From Candidatus Uhrbacteria bacterium (GTDB lineage: Bacteria > Patescibacteriota > Patescibacteriia > UBA9934 > GWF2-40-263): a stretch of DNA of 64,000 nt. This document shows, in pieces, positions 26,923 to 37,142 of this stretch; position 1 is the stretch's first letter, and each line of letters starts with the position of its first letter. The stretch spans positions 273,891-337,890 of the forward strand of contig JAPLZK010000004.1 in the NCBI GenBank assembly GCA_026395055.1, written 5' to 3'. The notes under the pieces were generated by a model that saw only the letters and a list, made by a program, of their open reading frames with translations, was not told where the DNA came from and did no database searches. The position numbers and the translations under genes are program-made.

Positions 26923-28191
26923 ATGCCTCATCAACACTTCACATTAAAAAACGGCATGCGTGTGCATTTGGTTCCGGTGGGTGGAACGCAAGCCGTGACC
27001 GTTCTTGTTCTCACAAAAGTCGGTTCTCGCTATGAGACACCGTCCTTGAGCGGAGCATCACACTTTATTGAACATTTGATGTTTAAGGGAACAAAGCGTC
27101 GCCCAACAACGCTCGACATTTCACGTGCACTCGACTCGGTCGGAGCACAATTTAATGCGTATACCAATAAACACGAGACAGGGTATTACATTAAGATTGA
27201 TGCAAAGCACACAAACCTTGCGGTCGACATGTTGCATGACATGGTGTTTCATTCGAAGTTCGATCAAAAAGAATTAGATCGTGAGCGTGGAGTGATTATT
27301 GAAGAAATTAACATGTATCAAGACAGTCCCATGAGACACGTCGAGGATTTGCTCGAGAGCACGGTGTTTGATGGGAATACACTCGGATGGGAAATTGCGG
27401 GAACACACAAAACCATGAAAGCCATGAAGCGTGATGAAATCATTGCGTTTCGTGATGCGCATTATATTCCGGCACGTATGGTTGTGTCTGTTGCGGGAAA
27501 CATTCCAAAAGATATTCGTAAAACGCTTGAGAAAACTTTTGGAAGTGTGAAAGCCTCAAAGGCGGAACATCCGTCATTTGAACCATTCACCCTTGGAACG
27601 AGTAAACAGAAAGTGAATGTTCAATTTAAAAAGACGGAACAAATTCATCTCATGTTTGGATTTCCTTCCTTTGGGATTGGAGATGATCGCAATGAAGCGC
27701 TCACAATCCTTTCGTGTATCCTTGGTGGAACCATGAGCTCACGTTTGTTTATCTCTGTCAGAGAACGAAGAGGTCTTGCGTACATGATTCGATCAGGCAA
27801 CATGGCGTATGACGACGCAGGTGTCTTCTCAGTCCAAGCAGGGCTTGATAAATCTCGTGTGCCGCTCGCACATAAGACCATTATGCAAGAATTGCGTAAG
27901 GTGAAGAAAACAGGCGTGACTGCAAAAGAAGTGAAAGAAGCCATCGATCACATTCGTGGAAGTATGTTACTTGCCATGGAGAGCTCTTCGTTTCAAGCGG
28001 AGTGGTATGGAGATGATGAGTTGTTTCTCGATAAGGTGAAAACACCAGAACAATACATGGCGAAACTTTCAAAAATTACTGCCGCAGATGTAAAAGCAAT
28101 TGCAAACGAAGTATTGAATGAAAAGAAAATGAAAATGGCGGTCATTGGTCCGTATAAAAATGAAGAGGCATTTCTGAAATCGTTATCGTAA
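26923..28191 (+). CDS. M16 family zinc peptidase
   Basis: HFIEH (HxxEH), NAYT, SSRLF..VRERRGLAY. Confidence 0.94.
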   Translation: MPHQHFTLKNGMRVHLVPVGGTQAVTVLVLTKVGSRYETPSLSGASHFIEHLMFKGTKRRPTTLDISRALDSVGAQFNAYTNKHETGYYIKIDAKHTNLAVDMLHDMVFHSKFDQKELDRERGVIIEEINMYQDSPMRHVEDLLESTVFDGNTLGWEIAGTHKTMKAMKRDEIIAFRDAHYIPARMVVSVAGNIPKDIRKTLEKTFGSVKASKAEHPSFEPFTLGTSKQKVNVQFKKTEQIHLMFGFPSFGIGDDRNEALTILSCILGGTMSSRLFISVRERRGLAYMIRSGNMAYDDAGVFSVQAGLDKSRVPLAHKTIMQELRKVKKTGVTAKEVKEAIDHIRGSMLLAMESSSFQAEWYGDDELFLDKVKTPEQYMAKLSKITAADVKAIANEVLNEKKMKMAVIGPYKNEEAFLKSLS

Positions 28192-28192
28192 T

Positions 28193-28966
28193 ATGAAAAC
28201 CATCATCGGCAACTGGAAAATGAATTTAGGAGTTCGAGAAAGCGTCGCGCTTGCGCGTGCGTCCTTGTTGCTCCTTCGCGGAAAAAAAGTTGCCCCACAC
28301 ATGGTCATTTGTCCTTCCACCATCGCCCTTTCTGAGGTGCGTAAAGTTGTTGCGCGCAGTGGATGTGGTCTTGGTGCACAAAACGTATCGAGCGAAGAGC
28401 AAGGGGCCTTCACGGGTGAAACATCTGCTCGCATGCTTTTTGAGGTGGGAGCAACACATGTAATCATTGGACACAGCGAACGTCGTCACGTGTTCGGTGA
28501 AACAGACGAGATAGTGAATGCGAAACTCTCGAAAGCCCTCGAGCATAATTTGATTCCGATTGTGTGCGTGGGAGAAACAAAAGAAGAACGCGATGCGGGA
28601 CATGTGAAAAAAGTCATCCTGCATCAATTAGCAATCGCATGTAAGAATGTCCGTCCGAAATTCTCAGAGACTCTGTACGTTGCTTATGAACCTGTCTGGG
28701 CGATTGGAACAGGTGAGACACCAACGTCATCTGAGATTATCGAGGTGCATGCGCATATTCGTGAAGTGCTTGGGGAACTTTTTCCCACGGCACCCGCGAC
28801 TGCATTTGCGGTGTTGTATGGGGGAAGCGTGAATCCAGAAAATGCGTATACGTTTTTGCGTGAAAAAGAAATTGACGGCCTTCTTGTTGGGGGTGCAAGT
28901 ATTAAAATTCATCAGCTCAAAGAAATTGTGGACGCAGCGTGCCAGGTTTTAATTGCGCAATCGTAA
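28193..28966 (+). CDS. tpiA: Triosephosphate isomerase
   Basis: GNWKMN, GHSERR, AYEPVWAIGTG, YGGSV, LVGGAS. Confidence 0.97.
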   Translation: MKTIIGNWKMNLGVRESVALARASLLLLRGKKVAPHMVICPSTIALSEVRKVVARSGCGLGAQNVSSEEQGAFTGETSARMLFEVGATHVIIGHSERRHVFGETDEIVNAKLSKALEHNLIPIVCVGETKEERDAGHVKKVILHQLAIACKNVRPKFSETLYVAYEPVWAIGTGETPTSSEIIEVHAHIREVLGELFPTAPATAFAVLYGGSVNPENAYTFLREKEIDGLLVGGASIKIHQLKEIVDAACQVLIAQS

Positions 28967-28970
28967 GCAT

Positions 28971-29810
28971 ATGATTTGGATCATTCCTCTTGTATTGATC
29001 GTCGTCGGAATCATTTCCGTGGTTTCGCTTTTGATTCGCAAGATGCCTCAACTGCGTGTTATTAACGTAGACTCCATTCCAAAAGAACGAACACGTAAAA
29101 TCAAAGAGCAAATCATTTTGCAAAAGTTTCAGCGTGCGAGTGGTGATAAAATGAAAGGGGTTACTTCACTTGCGCTCATGATTGGACGTACGTTTTCTCG
29201 TACGGGACGTCGCATTGTTCAACGCTTGTATACGCTTGAGCAGTATTATCAAAAGTTGAAACGTTCTGCGTCGGAAGGACAGCATGCGTATGATGCGGAG
29301 ACGATTCATCGTCTCATTGAAGAAGCAGAAACATTGCGTCAGAAAGATGAATTGATTCCGGCAGAAAAAATGTACATAGACATCATCAGCCACAATCCAA
29401 AGAGTGTGGATGCATATGAGGGCCTTGGAAATCTTTATCTCGCGAACAATCAGTTTGATCAAGCGCGCGAAACGTTGCAGTTTAGTCTTCGATTGTCCCC
29501 AAATGATGCGAGTGTTCTTGTGTCTCTTGCTCAGCTCGAAATGAAACTCGATCAACCAAAGTCTTCGCTTGTTCATTTGAAAAAGGCGATCCAGAAGCGT
29601 CCAAAGAATCCAAAGTATTTGGATTTGTATATTGAGGTTTCTCTGAAGGCGGGCTCTCTCAAAGACGCCCAGGAGGGGATCAAGCGTCTGAAAGAAGTAA
29701 ATCCAGAGAATCAAAAGATCCAAGATTTTGAGACACGATTTTCAGAACAAAAAGCCTCATATATCACAAAATCCCATTCATCCACCGATGACGCTTCACA
29801 AACGGAATGA
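28971..29810 (+). CDS. Membrane-anchored TPR protein
   Basis: N-terminal TM helix; AYEGLGNLY and ..SPNDA TPR-like helices. Confidence 0.85.
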   Translation: MIWIIPLVLIVVGIISVVSLLIRKMPQLRVINVDSIPKERTRKIKEQIILQKFQRASGDKMKGVTSLALMIGRTFSRTGRRIVQRLYTLEQYYQKLKRSASEGQHAYDAETIHRLIEEAETLRQKDELIPAEKMYIDIISHNPKSVDAYEGLGNLYLANNQFDQARETLQFSLRLSPNDASVLVSLAQLEMKLDQPKSSLVHLKKAIQKRPKNPKYLDLYIEVSLKAGSLKDAQEGIKRLKEVNPENQKIQDFETRFSEQKASYITKSHSSTDDASQTE

Positions 29811-29841
29811 AGTTTGTTATGATTCCGCCCGCAAAGACAGT

Positions 29842-29917
29842 GCCGTTGTAGCTCAGTTGGTAGAGCACATCCATGGTAAGGATGAGGTCATCGGTTCAAT
29901 CCCGATCAACGGCTCCA
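29842..29917 (+). tRNA. tRNA-Thr(GGT)
   Basis: Cloverleaf; anticodon arm CATCC-ATGGTAA-GGATG; encoded CCA. Confidence 0.96.
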
Positions 29918-30015
29918 TTCGACTATCGTTAGTTTGCCATGAAGATAGTCGAATGTCCTGAGCTTGTCGAAGGGCCCAATGTACCCTGACAACCATCGCT
30001 CATGGTCTGCGACCA
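29918..30015 (+). repeat. tRNA-3'-linked ~100 nt repeat, copy 1
   Basis: TTCGACTATC...GATAGTCGAA hairpin, CCTGAGCTTGTCGAAGG, CGCTCATGGTC. Confidence 0.8.
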
Positions 30016-30033
30016 CACAAGCAATTCACATAT

Positions 30034-30119
30034 GGGTAGATACTCAAGCGGTCAACGAGGGGAGACTGTAAATCTCCTGGCTCACGCCTTCGAAGGTTCG
30101 AATCCTTCTCTGCCCACCA
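30034..30119 (+). tRNA. tRNA-Tyr(GTA)
   Basis: GGAGA-CTGTAAA-TCTCC anticodon arm, long variable arm, CCA. Confidence 0.96.
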
Positions 30120-30217
30120 TTCGACTATCGCTATCTTGCTATTTAGATAGTCGAATGCCCTGAGCCTGTCGAAGGGCCCAAAGCACTCTGACAACCACCG
30201 CTCATGGTCTTCGACCA
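30120..30217 (+). repeat. tRNA-3'-linked ~100 nt repeat, copy 2
   Basis: Colinear with 29918-30015. Confidence 0.8.
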
Positions 30218-30232
30218 GTCATCTGAGAGAAT

Positions 30233-30532
30233 ATGTTTAACAATGTCGCAATCGAATGCCCTGAGCCTGTCGATGGACAATGTTGTGTATACATTCTTGA
30301 ATGTATTGATCACTCTTATTACGTTGGATTTACAACCAACATAAAAGAACGATTGATGAGACATGAAGGAAAAGATGCCTCACTCTGGACAACGGTCCGC
30401 GCGCCAGTCGCTCTCGTCTATGTAGAAGTACACACTTCATTCATTGAGGCACGTCGTCGAGAATCTCAGTTAAAGAAATGGACAAGAGTAAAAAAAGAAC
30501 GGCTTATTTCAGGAGAATGGCAAAAGCAGTAG
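30233..30532 (+). CDS. GIY-YIG nuclease family protein (YhbQ-like)
   Basis: VYILEC..SYYVGFTTNIKERL.RH; ARRRESQLKKW. Confidence 0.88.
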   Translation: MFNNVAIECPEPVDGQCCVYILECIDHSYYVGFTTNIKERLMRHEGKDASLWTTVRAPVALVYVEVHTSFIEARRRESQLKKWTRVKKERLISGEWQKQ

Positions 30533-30537
30533 TTTTT

Positions 30538-30613
30538 GCCGAAGTAGCTCAGTTGGTAGAGCAACGGTTTTGTAAACCGTAGGTCACGGGTTCGAGTCCC
30601 GTCTTCGGCTCCA
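30538..30613 (+). tRNA. tRNA-Thr(TGT)
   Basis: ACGGT-TTTGTAA-ACCGT anticodon arm, CCA. Confidence 0.96.
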
Positions 30614-30740
30614 GCCTTTATTTCATCAGGATTTGTCTTGTTGAGGTGAAGTGTGGATACGGGTTGTTCCCCATGAGCTTTGGGCCGTAACCTTGACACA
30701 ATCACAGATTCAGGATAACCTTCGCCCATAAATTGAATAT

Positions 30741-30896
30741 ATGTCACAAGAAAACATCATCAAACTCGAGTGCAAAGATTGCAAGCGCGCTGGCTATAAC
30801 AGCCACAAGAACAAGAAAACCTTGAAAGAGCGCTTGGAACTCAGCAAATTCTGCAAGTGGTGCAACAAGCACGTCATGCATAAAGAGACGAAATAA
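30741..30896 (+). CDS. rpmG: 50S ribosomal protein L33 (zinc-binding form), 51 aa
   Basis: MSQENIIKLECKDCKRAGYNSHKNKKTLKERLELSKFCKWCNKHVMHKETK; absent from the ORF track. Confidence 0.95.
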   Translation: MSQENIIKLECKDCKRAGYNSHKNKKTLKERLELSKFCKWCNKHVMHKETK

Positions 30897-30975
30897 GAAC
30901 ATCCGCCCTTGTGGCGGGTGTTTTTTGTTTCATCGTTGCGAAGTCTTTCGCAATCTCGCATGGTATAATCAATGC

Positions 30976-32310
30976 ATGTCTTTCAAACGATCCCTTATCG
31001 CTCTGGTTTTTGTTCTTGTTCTCCTGCTTGGGTTCACGAGCCGTTTTGTCTTTGCGGATGATTCTATGCAGGCGGTTGAGGCGGAAAAGTCGCAATTACA
31101 ATCCGAGCTTGATCAGATTGAAGCGCAGATCGCACAGTTCCAAAAAGAACTCGTGAATATTAAGGGGGAGAAGAATACACTTACAAATAAAATTAAACAG
31201 TTGAAAGCGCAGCAGGCAACACTCGCTCTTCGGATCAAAGAAACAGCTCTCGAAGTTCAGGATATGGATCATCAGATCACGGCAACGAAATCGCTCATTG
31301 ATAAAAATCAGGTACGAACAGAAGCGTTAAAAGCAGAAGTGGCAGAGTCTTTGCGTCAAATGAATACGAACGATCATCGCACTTTTTTATTTGTCTTTTT
31401 CTCAGAGCACACACTTTTCGATGCACTCTCGGAAGTTCAACAGTTTACGCAAGTAACATCTGGTCTTGATGTGTTACTCGATCAACTGCACAAAACGCGA
31501 GAAGATTTATCTGCACAGAAGACACGTCTCGACGCAGAACAAGATCACGTAGAGAATTTACTCGCGGTTCAAACACTGCAACAACAAGCATTGACCGGAT
31601 CTGTGAAAGATCAAGCAACGTTGCTTACACAAACAAAAGGAAAAGAAAAAAATTATCAGGCGTCGCTTACAGATTCGCAAAAGCAGGCTGCGCAAATTCG
31701 CACACGACTGTATCAACTTCTTGATGTTGGAAAACAAATTACCTTTGGTCAAGCGGTTGATATTGCGACATGGGTTTCAAAGCAAACAGGTGTACGCGCT
31801 TCGTTCTTGCTCGCGATTCTCACACAAGAATCGAGTCTTGGAAAAAATGTGGGGACGTGTAACCGCCCAGGGGATCCTGTTTCAAAGAGCTGGAAGACCA
31901 TCATGAAACCAGAACGAGACCAAGAGCCATTTAAAACAATCACAGCGGAACTTGGCATGGATCCAGATACAACGGCCGTTTCTTGTCCGATGCATGACAA
32001 GAAGGGAAACCAGATTGGTTGGGGAGGTGCCATGGGTCCTGCGCAGTTCATTCCATCCACTTGGATGGGTTACAGAGCAAAGGTAACAAATATTACAGGG
32101 AAGGTTGCAAACCCGTGGGACATCCGAGATGCATTTATTGCGTCGGCAATTAAACTTGGAGCAGATGGCGCAACAACAAAAGACGGAGAGTGGGCAGCGG
32201 CAATGCGTTACTTCTCCGGCTCCACAAACGTCCGCTTCCGATTTTATGGTGATCAGGTGGTTGCGCAGGCAGAGGCGTATCAGAAAGACATGGAAGCACT
32301 GGGAAAATAA
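30976..32310 (+). CDS. Secreted coiled-coil protein with lytic murein transglycosylase domain
   Basis: Signal peptide, long coiled coil, AILTQES, GGAMGPAQFIPSTW. Confidence 0.88.
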   Translation: MSFKRSLIALVFVLVLLLGFTSRFVFADDSMQAVEAEKSQLQSELDQIEAQIAQFQKELVNIKGEKNTLTNKIKQLKAQQATLALRIKETALEVQDMDHQITATKSLIDKNQVRTEALKAEVAESLRQMNTNDHRTFLFVFFSEHTLFDALSEVQQFTQVTSGLDVLLDQLHKTREDLSAQKTRLDAEQDHVENLLAVQTLQQQALTGSVKDQATLLTQTKGKEKNYQASLTDSQKQAAQIRTRLYQLLDVGKQITFGQAVDIATWVSKQTGVRASFLLAILTQESSLGKNVGTCNRPGDPVSKSWKTIMKPERDQEPFKTITAELGMDPDTTAVSCPMHDKKGNQIGWGGAMGPAQFIPSTWMGYRAKVTNITGKVANPWDIRDAFIASAIKLGADGATTKDGEWAAAMRYFSGSTNVRFRFYGDQVVAQAEAYQKDMEALGK

Positions 32311-32335
32311 AAACACTCGCTTTGACGCGAGTGTT

Positions 32336-33376
32336 TTACTTGTAATAGGCTTTTCGAACCTCGAGGGCATCGAGACAGGCTTGTTGATTCTCTTTGTTCA
32401 AGAGTGTACAGAATGTTTCTGTGTGTGGGATGGAGTTGTATTCGACGAGATCGTAAGACACAAGACCGTCGAGACAGGCATTCTTTGTACGTTCGTCTTT
32501 TTCTGTTTCACAAATTGCTTCTGCTTTTTTTGGATCGTTTAAATGCGTTGCCATAAGACGCGCACCCATTCCACTCACACACTTTGTGTAGTAGCTTGAT
32601 TCGGCTGCATCACAGAGAGAAAACATGTTCTCGTCCGATGTACGATGTTCTGCGAGATAGACACCCGTATAGTGATAACATCCGGGCTTGAAATACGGTT
32701 CTTCACGACAAAGTCTGAGAGGGTCGTCTTTGTAAACATACGGTGTAGCGAAATCTTGATCATCTTCAAAGTTTTGCATATAGACCCCTTCGGAACAACG
32801 TGCATCGTGTCCGAGCGGTAATTTTTTGCAATACGCGAGGGAACGCGGAACATCGTTCTCGGTAAAAAACATGAGACCGTGTCCAATGCCATGATAACAA
32901 TATCCATCTTGTCCTTCGCAAATGGTTTTGATGATTGTGTCTGGATCTTTTGTGTCTTGGAGTGCGTGCACAATGAGACTGTGAATGTATCCGGATCCAC
33001 AAAGATCGTTTGTGTATTTGATCGCCTCGGTAAAATTTCCGTATTTTTGATATGCTGCGTCTCCAATTGCATGTGTGAGGTCGTGACAACGATTTATCAG
33101 TTTTGGATTTTGGGCAATGAATGTTTGTAACGACGCAAACGCAATTGTTGGACTTTGATCCTGCACGATGGTTTTTAATGTGATGGACATGGCATCCACT
33201 TTTTTCTTGTCTGGAGAAATAGGGAGATGCGCAACTACGGATTGTTGAACGACTGGTTTCACGTTTGCCGTGCGTTTCGAGATCATCCATCCAATCGCAA
33301 TACAAATAACCATCAAGACAATGATTGACATGATGGTGTATCTGCGAGCAGTTGTCGTTTTTGTTTCCGAACGCAT
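32336..33376 (-). CDS. Membrane-anchored Cys/His-rich exported protein
   Basis: TM helix; CHDLTHAIG, CGSGYIH, CYHGIGH, CSEGVYM. Confidence 0.8.
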   Translation of the reverse strand: MRSETKTTTARRYTIMSIIVLMVICIAIGWMISKRTANVKPVVQQSVVAHLPISPDKKKVDAMSITLKTIVQDQSPTIAFASLQTFIAQNPKLINRCHDLTHAIGDAAYQKYGNFTEAIKYTNDLCGSGYIHSLIVHALQDTKDPDTIIKTICEGQDGYCYHGIGHGLMFFTENDVPRSLAYCKKLPLGHDARCSEGVYMQNFEDDQDFATPYVYKDDPLRLCREEPYFKPGCYHYTGVYLAEHRTSDENMFSLCDAAESSYYTKCVSGMGARLMATHLNDPKKAEAICETEKDERTKNACLDGLVSYDLVEYNSIPHTETFCTLLNKENQQACLDALEVRKAYYK

Positions 33377-33501
33377 AATTTGTCCGGAGGATACGATAAA
33401 ATGGAGGAAAAGTCAAGGGATAGCAAGGTCTTTCTTATACCTATTTCGATGGTTCATTGGTCGGAAAACAAAAAAATCCTCGGCAAAGCCGTGGATATTT
33501 T

Positions 33502-33575
33502 TGGCAGGGGCGGCGAGAATCGAACTCACGTCAAAGGTTTTGGAAACCTTCGTCCTACCATTGAACGACGCCCCT
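33502..33575 (-). tRNA. tRNA-Trp(CCA)
   Basis: Minus-strand AAGGT-TTCCAAA-ACCTT anticodon arm, CCA end. Confidence 0.95.
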
Positions 33576-33784
33576 ATGGTAGCTCGAGGATTATACAAGA
33601 ATGAGAAAAAAAGGGAAGGCTCTTTCTTGTCATATTGGTATTTCTTGTGAGTATAAACAGGGGTTTATGCTTGACAAAAGTGCTTTTTTAGCGCATCTTC
33701 CTTTGAAGATGAGATTCGGTTGGATGTTCAAAAGGGAGGTGTCTCAAGTTCTTTGATCTCAATGAAGAGGGCGACTGGCTGCAG

Positions 33785-33940
33785 ATGCTTAGCGACGAAA
33801 GAGATCTTCGATGCAGTCCCAATTGGGCTCTCGTTCTTCTTCTCGTGTGCTATCTCACATGGCCACTCATCATCTTCGGCCGAAAGATCAGTCTTTCGAG
33901 ATCCTTCTTCCATCTGCAGTGGCGGTATGGTCGAGGATAA
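33785..33940 (+). CDS. Possible small membrane protein, 51 aa
   Basis: TM-like WALVLLLVCYLTWPLIIFG; TTGACA at 33671; start codon uncertain. Confidence 0.4.
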   Translation: MLSDERDLRCSPNWALVLLLVCYLTWPLIIFGRKISLSRSFFHLQWRYGRG

Positions 33941-34059
33941 GCGTTATGGAACTCTTGTAAAGTCCGTTGGGTGTATCGCAGGCACGTTGCTGCTTCTACA
34001 CTCGGCGGGCTATTTTTGTTGAATAAAAAAACCCACAGATGTGTTTCTGTGGGGAGAGC

Positions 34060-34611
34060 TTATGGCAGCAACCGTGCGGCTTGCATGATGTCGAGCACGC
34101 GATGATCGGCACTTGTTTCTGTTCCTTCGTCGCACACGCGGATGGTTTTTGTGTGAGCGGCTTTGCCTGCCTGAACATCCGTTTCGAGGTCTCCAATCAT
34201 GTACGAGCGCGACAGATCGATTCTGTGCGCGTCTCGTGCATGCAAGAGCATTCCTGGTGCGGGTTTTCGGCAAGAGCATTTGTCTTTCGGACGATGCATG
34301 CATGCGTAGAGCGCGTCGAGCGGGAGCGCGCGGAAGACATCCATCATACGTTCGAATTCCTGGGGATCGATGTGTCCTGTTGCGACGTCTGGTTGGTTCG
34401 TCACCAAAATGCAGAGATATCCTTTTTGTCGAATGAGCTCGAGAGCTTCTTCAACATTGGGCTTGAGCCGAAGTTCCTGCATGGTAAATGGTGCGGTGTA
34501 CCGAAATGGTTTGCCGCCAAGAAGGAATCCTTCGCCACGATCCACAAGATGGTTGAGAACGCCATCGCGATCAAGGAACACGGCATCAACAAGAGATTGA
34601 GAATGAGTCAT
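34060..34611 (-). CDS. HAD-IIIA phosphatase (GmhB/HisB-like)
   Basis: FLDRDGVL, VTNQ, CSCRKPAPGM, MIGD...D; GGAGG SD. Confidence 0.92.
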   Translation of the reverse strand: MTHSQSLVDAVFLDRDGVLNHLVDRGEGFLLGGKPFRYTAPFTMQELRLKPNVEEALELIRQKGYLCILVTNQPDVATGHIDPQEFERMMDVFRALPLDALYACMHRPKDKCSCRKPAPGMLLHARDAHRIDLSRSYMIGDLETDVQAGKAAHTKTIRVCDEGTETSADHRVLDIMQAARLLP

Positions 34612-34691
34612 GGGAAACCTCCAGAAGCAGATTGAGAATATGCCTGAAAATCCCTCGTTTGTCAACGGGTGATTTGTTATACTGTTTATCT

Positions 34692-35105
34692 ATGAACCAC
34701 TGGCTTCTCAAAACAGAACCTTCCACGTTTTCTTGGTCTGACCTTGTGCGCGATAAAATCGGTCACTGGGATGGGGTTCGGAATTATCAGGCGCGGAATA
34801 ATCTTCGTGCGATGAAGAAGGGAGATTTGGTTTTCATCTACCATTCTATCGAAGGGAAATGCCTTATTGGTATTGCGAAGGTAGTGCGAGAGGCATATCA
34901 AGATGTATCGGCAAAAGAAGGAGATTGGAGCATGGTGGATATTGAGCCTGTTGAGAAGATGGCTCGAGAAATCACACTTCATGAGATTAAAACGAATCCA
35001 GATCTCCGAGCTATGGTACTCGTCAATAATTCACGATTATCCGTTCAACCAGTAACTGATCAAGCATGGAAAATTTGTTTGAAGATGGCAAAGACTGCTT
35101 TGTGA
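34692..35105 (+). CDS. EVE domain protein
   Basis: WLLKTEP, WDGVRNYQARNNL, RLSVQPV. Confidence 0.95.
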   Translation: MNHWLLKTEPSTFSWSDLVRDKIGHWDGVRNYQARNNLRAMKKGDLVFIYHSIEGKCLIGIAKVVREAYQDVSAKEGDWSMVDIEPVEKMAREITLHEIKTNPDLRAMVLVNNSRLSVQPVTDQAWKICLKMAKTAL

Positions 35106-35138
35106 TATGATAAAAGAAATCCTTTAGTCTTTTTTTGT

Positions 35139-37142
35139 ATGACCCTCCCTTCTTTTCAGCAGAGACGTATCGGAACATTCCTTCTTACAATACTTTGTGT
35201 TGTAGCTAGTCTTTTGGTTTCCATACAATACGCACACGCAACGCCCGTGTCGGTTTTCAGCGACACACTTCCCACAAGTGGCTCATCTGTGAACGGGAGT
35301 CTGTCCGTCTCTTATACGCTTTCGATGGGAATTGCGGGCGGTAGTATTACGTTTATGGGGACAGACGGAACGTCAGATCGCGGAGGGCACGTATATAATT
35401 TGAGTCGCGATGACGAAACGGTTGGAACACACACCTTTACGCGTCGAACACTCGAGGCGGGATTTGTAGACCCTCTTGTGGACGGAGCAATTTATACGAT
35501 TACTTTTTCCGGAACGGATGCGTTTGGGAATCCCGCAATAGTTTCAAATACATCTGTTTTGTATGATGTAACACCACCGGCTGATCCGGTTAATTTCCAT
35601 ATTTTTTCAACGAACAACGTATCAACCCTTGCGAAGGTTGGAGATACGGTTGTTGTCACGGCTGCCGTCGAAACGGGAGTACGTGTCAGTGGAACGATTG
35701 GTGGAAAAATAGCGGACGGAGCGGAGAATAGGGGAACAGGAACGCTGACACGTGTTTTGGATGGAACGGAGACGGAAGGATCGGGTTTGAATTTTACGTT
35801 CATCACCTCAGATGGAGCAGCAAATGCAAGTTCTGTGAAAACAAAAACAAGCATCGCGGATGAATCTTCTGTGCAAACAGATTTTACACCTCCCGTGTTG
35901 CCAATCGCGACGCCTGCGGCAGGTTCGTTTTCTGCAACGCAAAGTGTCTCGCTTTCTTCATCTGGATCCACGACCATCTTGTTCACAACAGACGGAACTG
36001 TGCCCACATGTACGCTCGGAACAGCTTATTCTCACACGCTTTCCATTTCTTCAACAACAACCGTTAAAGCAATAGGATGCGACGCCGCAGGAAACGGATC
36101 TGCCGTTCAGACATTCGTTTATACCATTGGCAGTGGAAGCGGCGGAGGTGGCGGAAGTTCTGGTGGAAGTGGAATAACAATCGTCATTCCGTATTCACCG
36201 ACCGTCACTCCTTCCGCAGGGGCATATACAGGAACACAATCTGTTTCACTTGCATCGATGGGTTCAACAAGTATTCGTTACACTATTGATGGCACAACCC
36301 CATCCTGCACAACAGGATCTGTCTATGCAACCCCAATTTCAATTTCGGCAACCAAAACAATCAAGGTAAGAGGATGTAACTCTGCAGGAAGTTCTCCGAT
36401 TGGAACATTTGTGTTTACGATTAAGTCTGCTCCACCTTCCGGTGCTTCCGGTTCTGGTGGTTCTACTGGTACGATCACACTTCCTGCAAATCCAGTTTCC
36501 ATTCTTCCTCTTACGGCGGTTCCAAATACAAATACAGGTTCTACACCAACAGTCACAGCTCCCGTTGCCTCCGCCGCGGTGTTTATTCATGATCCTGCTC
36601 AGTATCAAACGGTGTTAACGGATTTTGGACTGCAGAGCGATCCAAAAAACTTTGGGATCAATCAATCGTTGGTACAAGCGGACGCAAAGACATTCGGTGT
36701 GCCTATATCAGCAGAACAAGTTCGATTTATCGCAAACTTTATTACATACGGAGCATCAACAGAAACGATTCAGCTCGGAATGGGTGAGCGTCATGCGGTC
36801 ATTCGTGATTATCTTCAAACGGTCGGTCGTGCGGATGTTGCGTGGGATGATGTTCAGCGCATGACGATTGGTCAAAAACCAGTGAAACGTAATCTGGCTA
36901 AAGAGCAAGCGCAGGTTCCGGTCGCTCTTGCGGCGTTTGTGCGCATGACGGGGCATTCGCCAAACTTTCAGGACGCATCGGAAGATCTGGCTTGGAATAC
37001 GCTTATGTACCGTATTCGATTTCCACGTAATCTCGGAAAAGAACATGAGGGTATCCTTGCATTTGAAAAGATTTTGAAGCGCGTGCCCATATCTCCATTT
37101 GATTGGGCAGAAGTGCGAGCGCTTGGATATGTTCTGCCATAA
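35139..37142 (+). CDS. Secreted Ser/Thr/Gly-rich protein with two Fn3-associated-like domains
   Basis: Signal peptide; two P.AG.Y/F...I.Y/FT.DGT.P.C....Y...I.IS.T.T.K repeats. Confidence 0.8.
   Translation: MTLPSFQQRRIGTFLLTILCVVASLLVSIQYAHATPVSVFSDTLPTSGSSVNGSLSVSYTLSMGIAGGSITFMGTDGTSDRGGHVYNLSRDDETVGTHTFTRRTLEAGFVDPLVDGAIYTITFSGTDAFGNPAIVSNTSVLYDVTPPADPVNFHIFSTNNVSTLAKVGDTVVVTAAVETGVRVSGTIGGKIADGAENRGTGTLTRVLDGTETEGSGLNFTFITSDGAANASSVKTKTSIADESSVQTDFTPPVLPIATPAAGSFSATQSVSLSSSGSTTILFTTDGTVPTCTLGTAYSHTLSISSTTTVKAIGCDAAGNGSAVQTFVYTIGSGSGGGGGSSGGSGITIVIPYSPTVTPSAGAYTGTQSVSLASMGSTSIRYTIDGTTPSCTTGSVYATPISISATKTIKVRGCNSAGSSPIGTFVFTIKSAPPSGASGSGGSTGTITLPANPVSILPLTAVPNTNTGSTPTVTAPVASAAVFIHDPAQYQTVLTDFGLQSDPKNFGINQSLVQADAKTFGVPISAEQVRFIANFITYGASTETIQLGMGERHAVIRDYLQTVGRADVAWDDVQRMTIGQKPVKRNLAKEQAQVPVALAAFVRMTGHSPNFQDASEDLAWNTLMYRIRFPRNLGKEHEGILAFEKILKRVPISPFDWAEVRALGYVLP

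Noticed and set aside
29918-30280. CRISPR array
   Set aside because: Only two to three degenerate repeats, separated by a tRNA, with no cas genes.
33502-33575. UGA recoding (code 25 or code 4)
   Set aside because: tRNA-Trp has a CCA anticodon, and intact genes end at TGA (e.g. holB) with no internal TGA.
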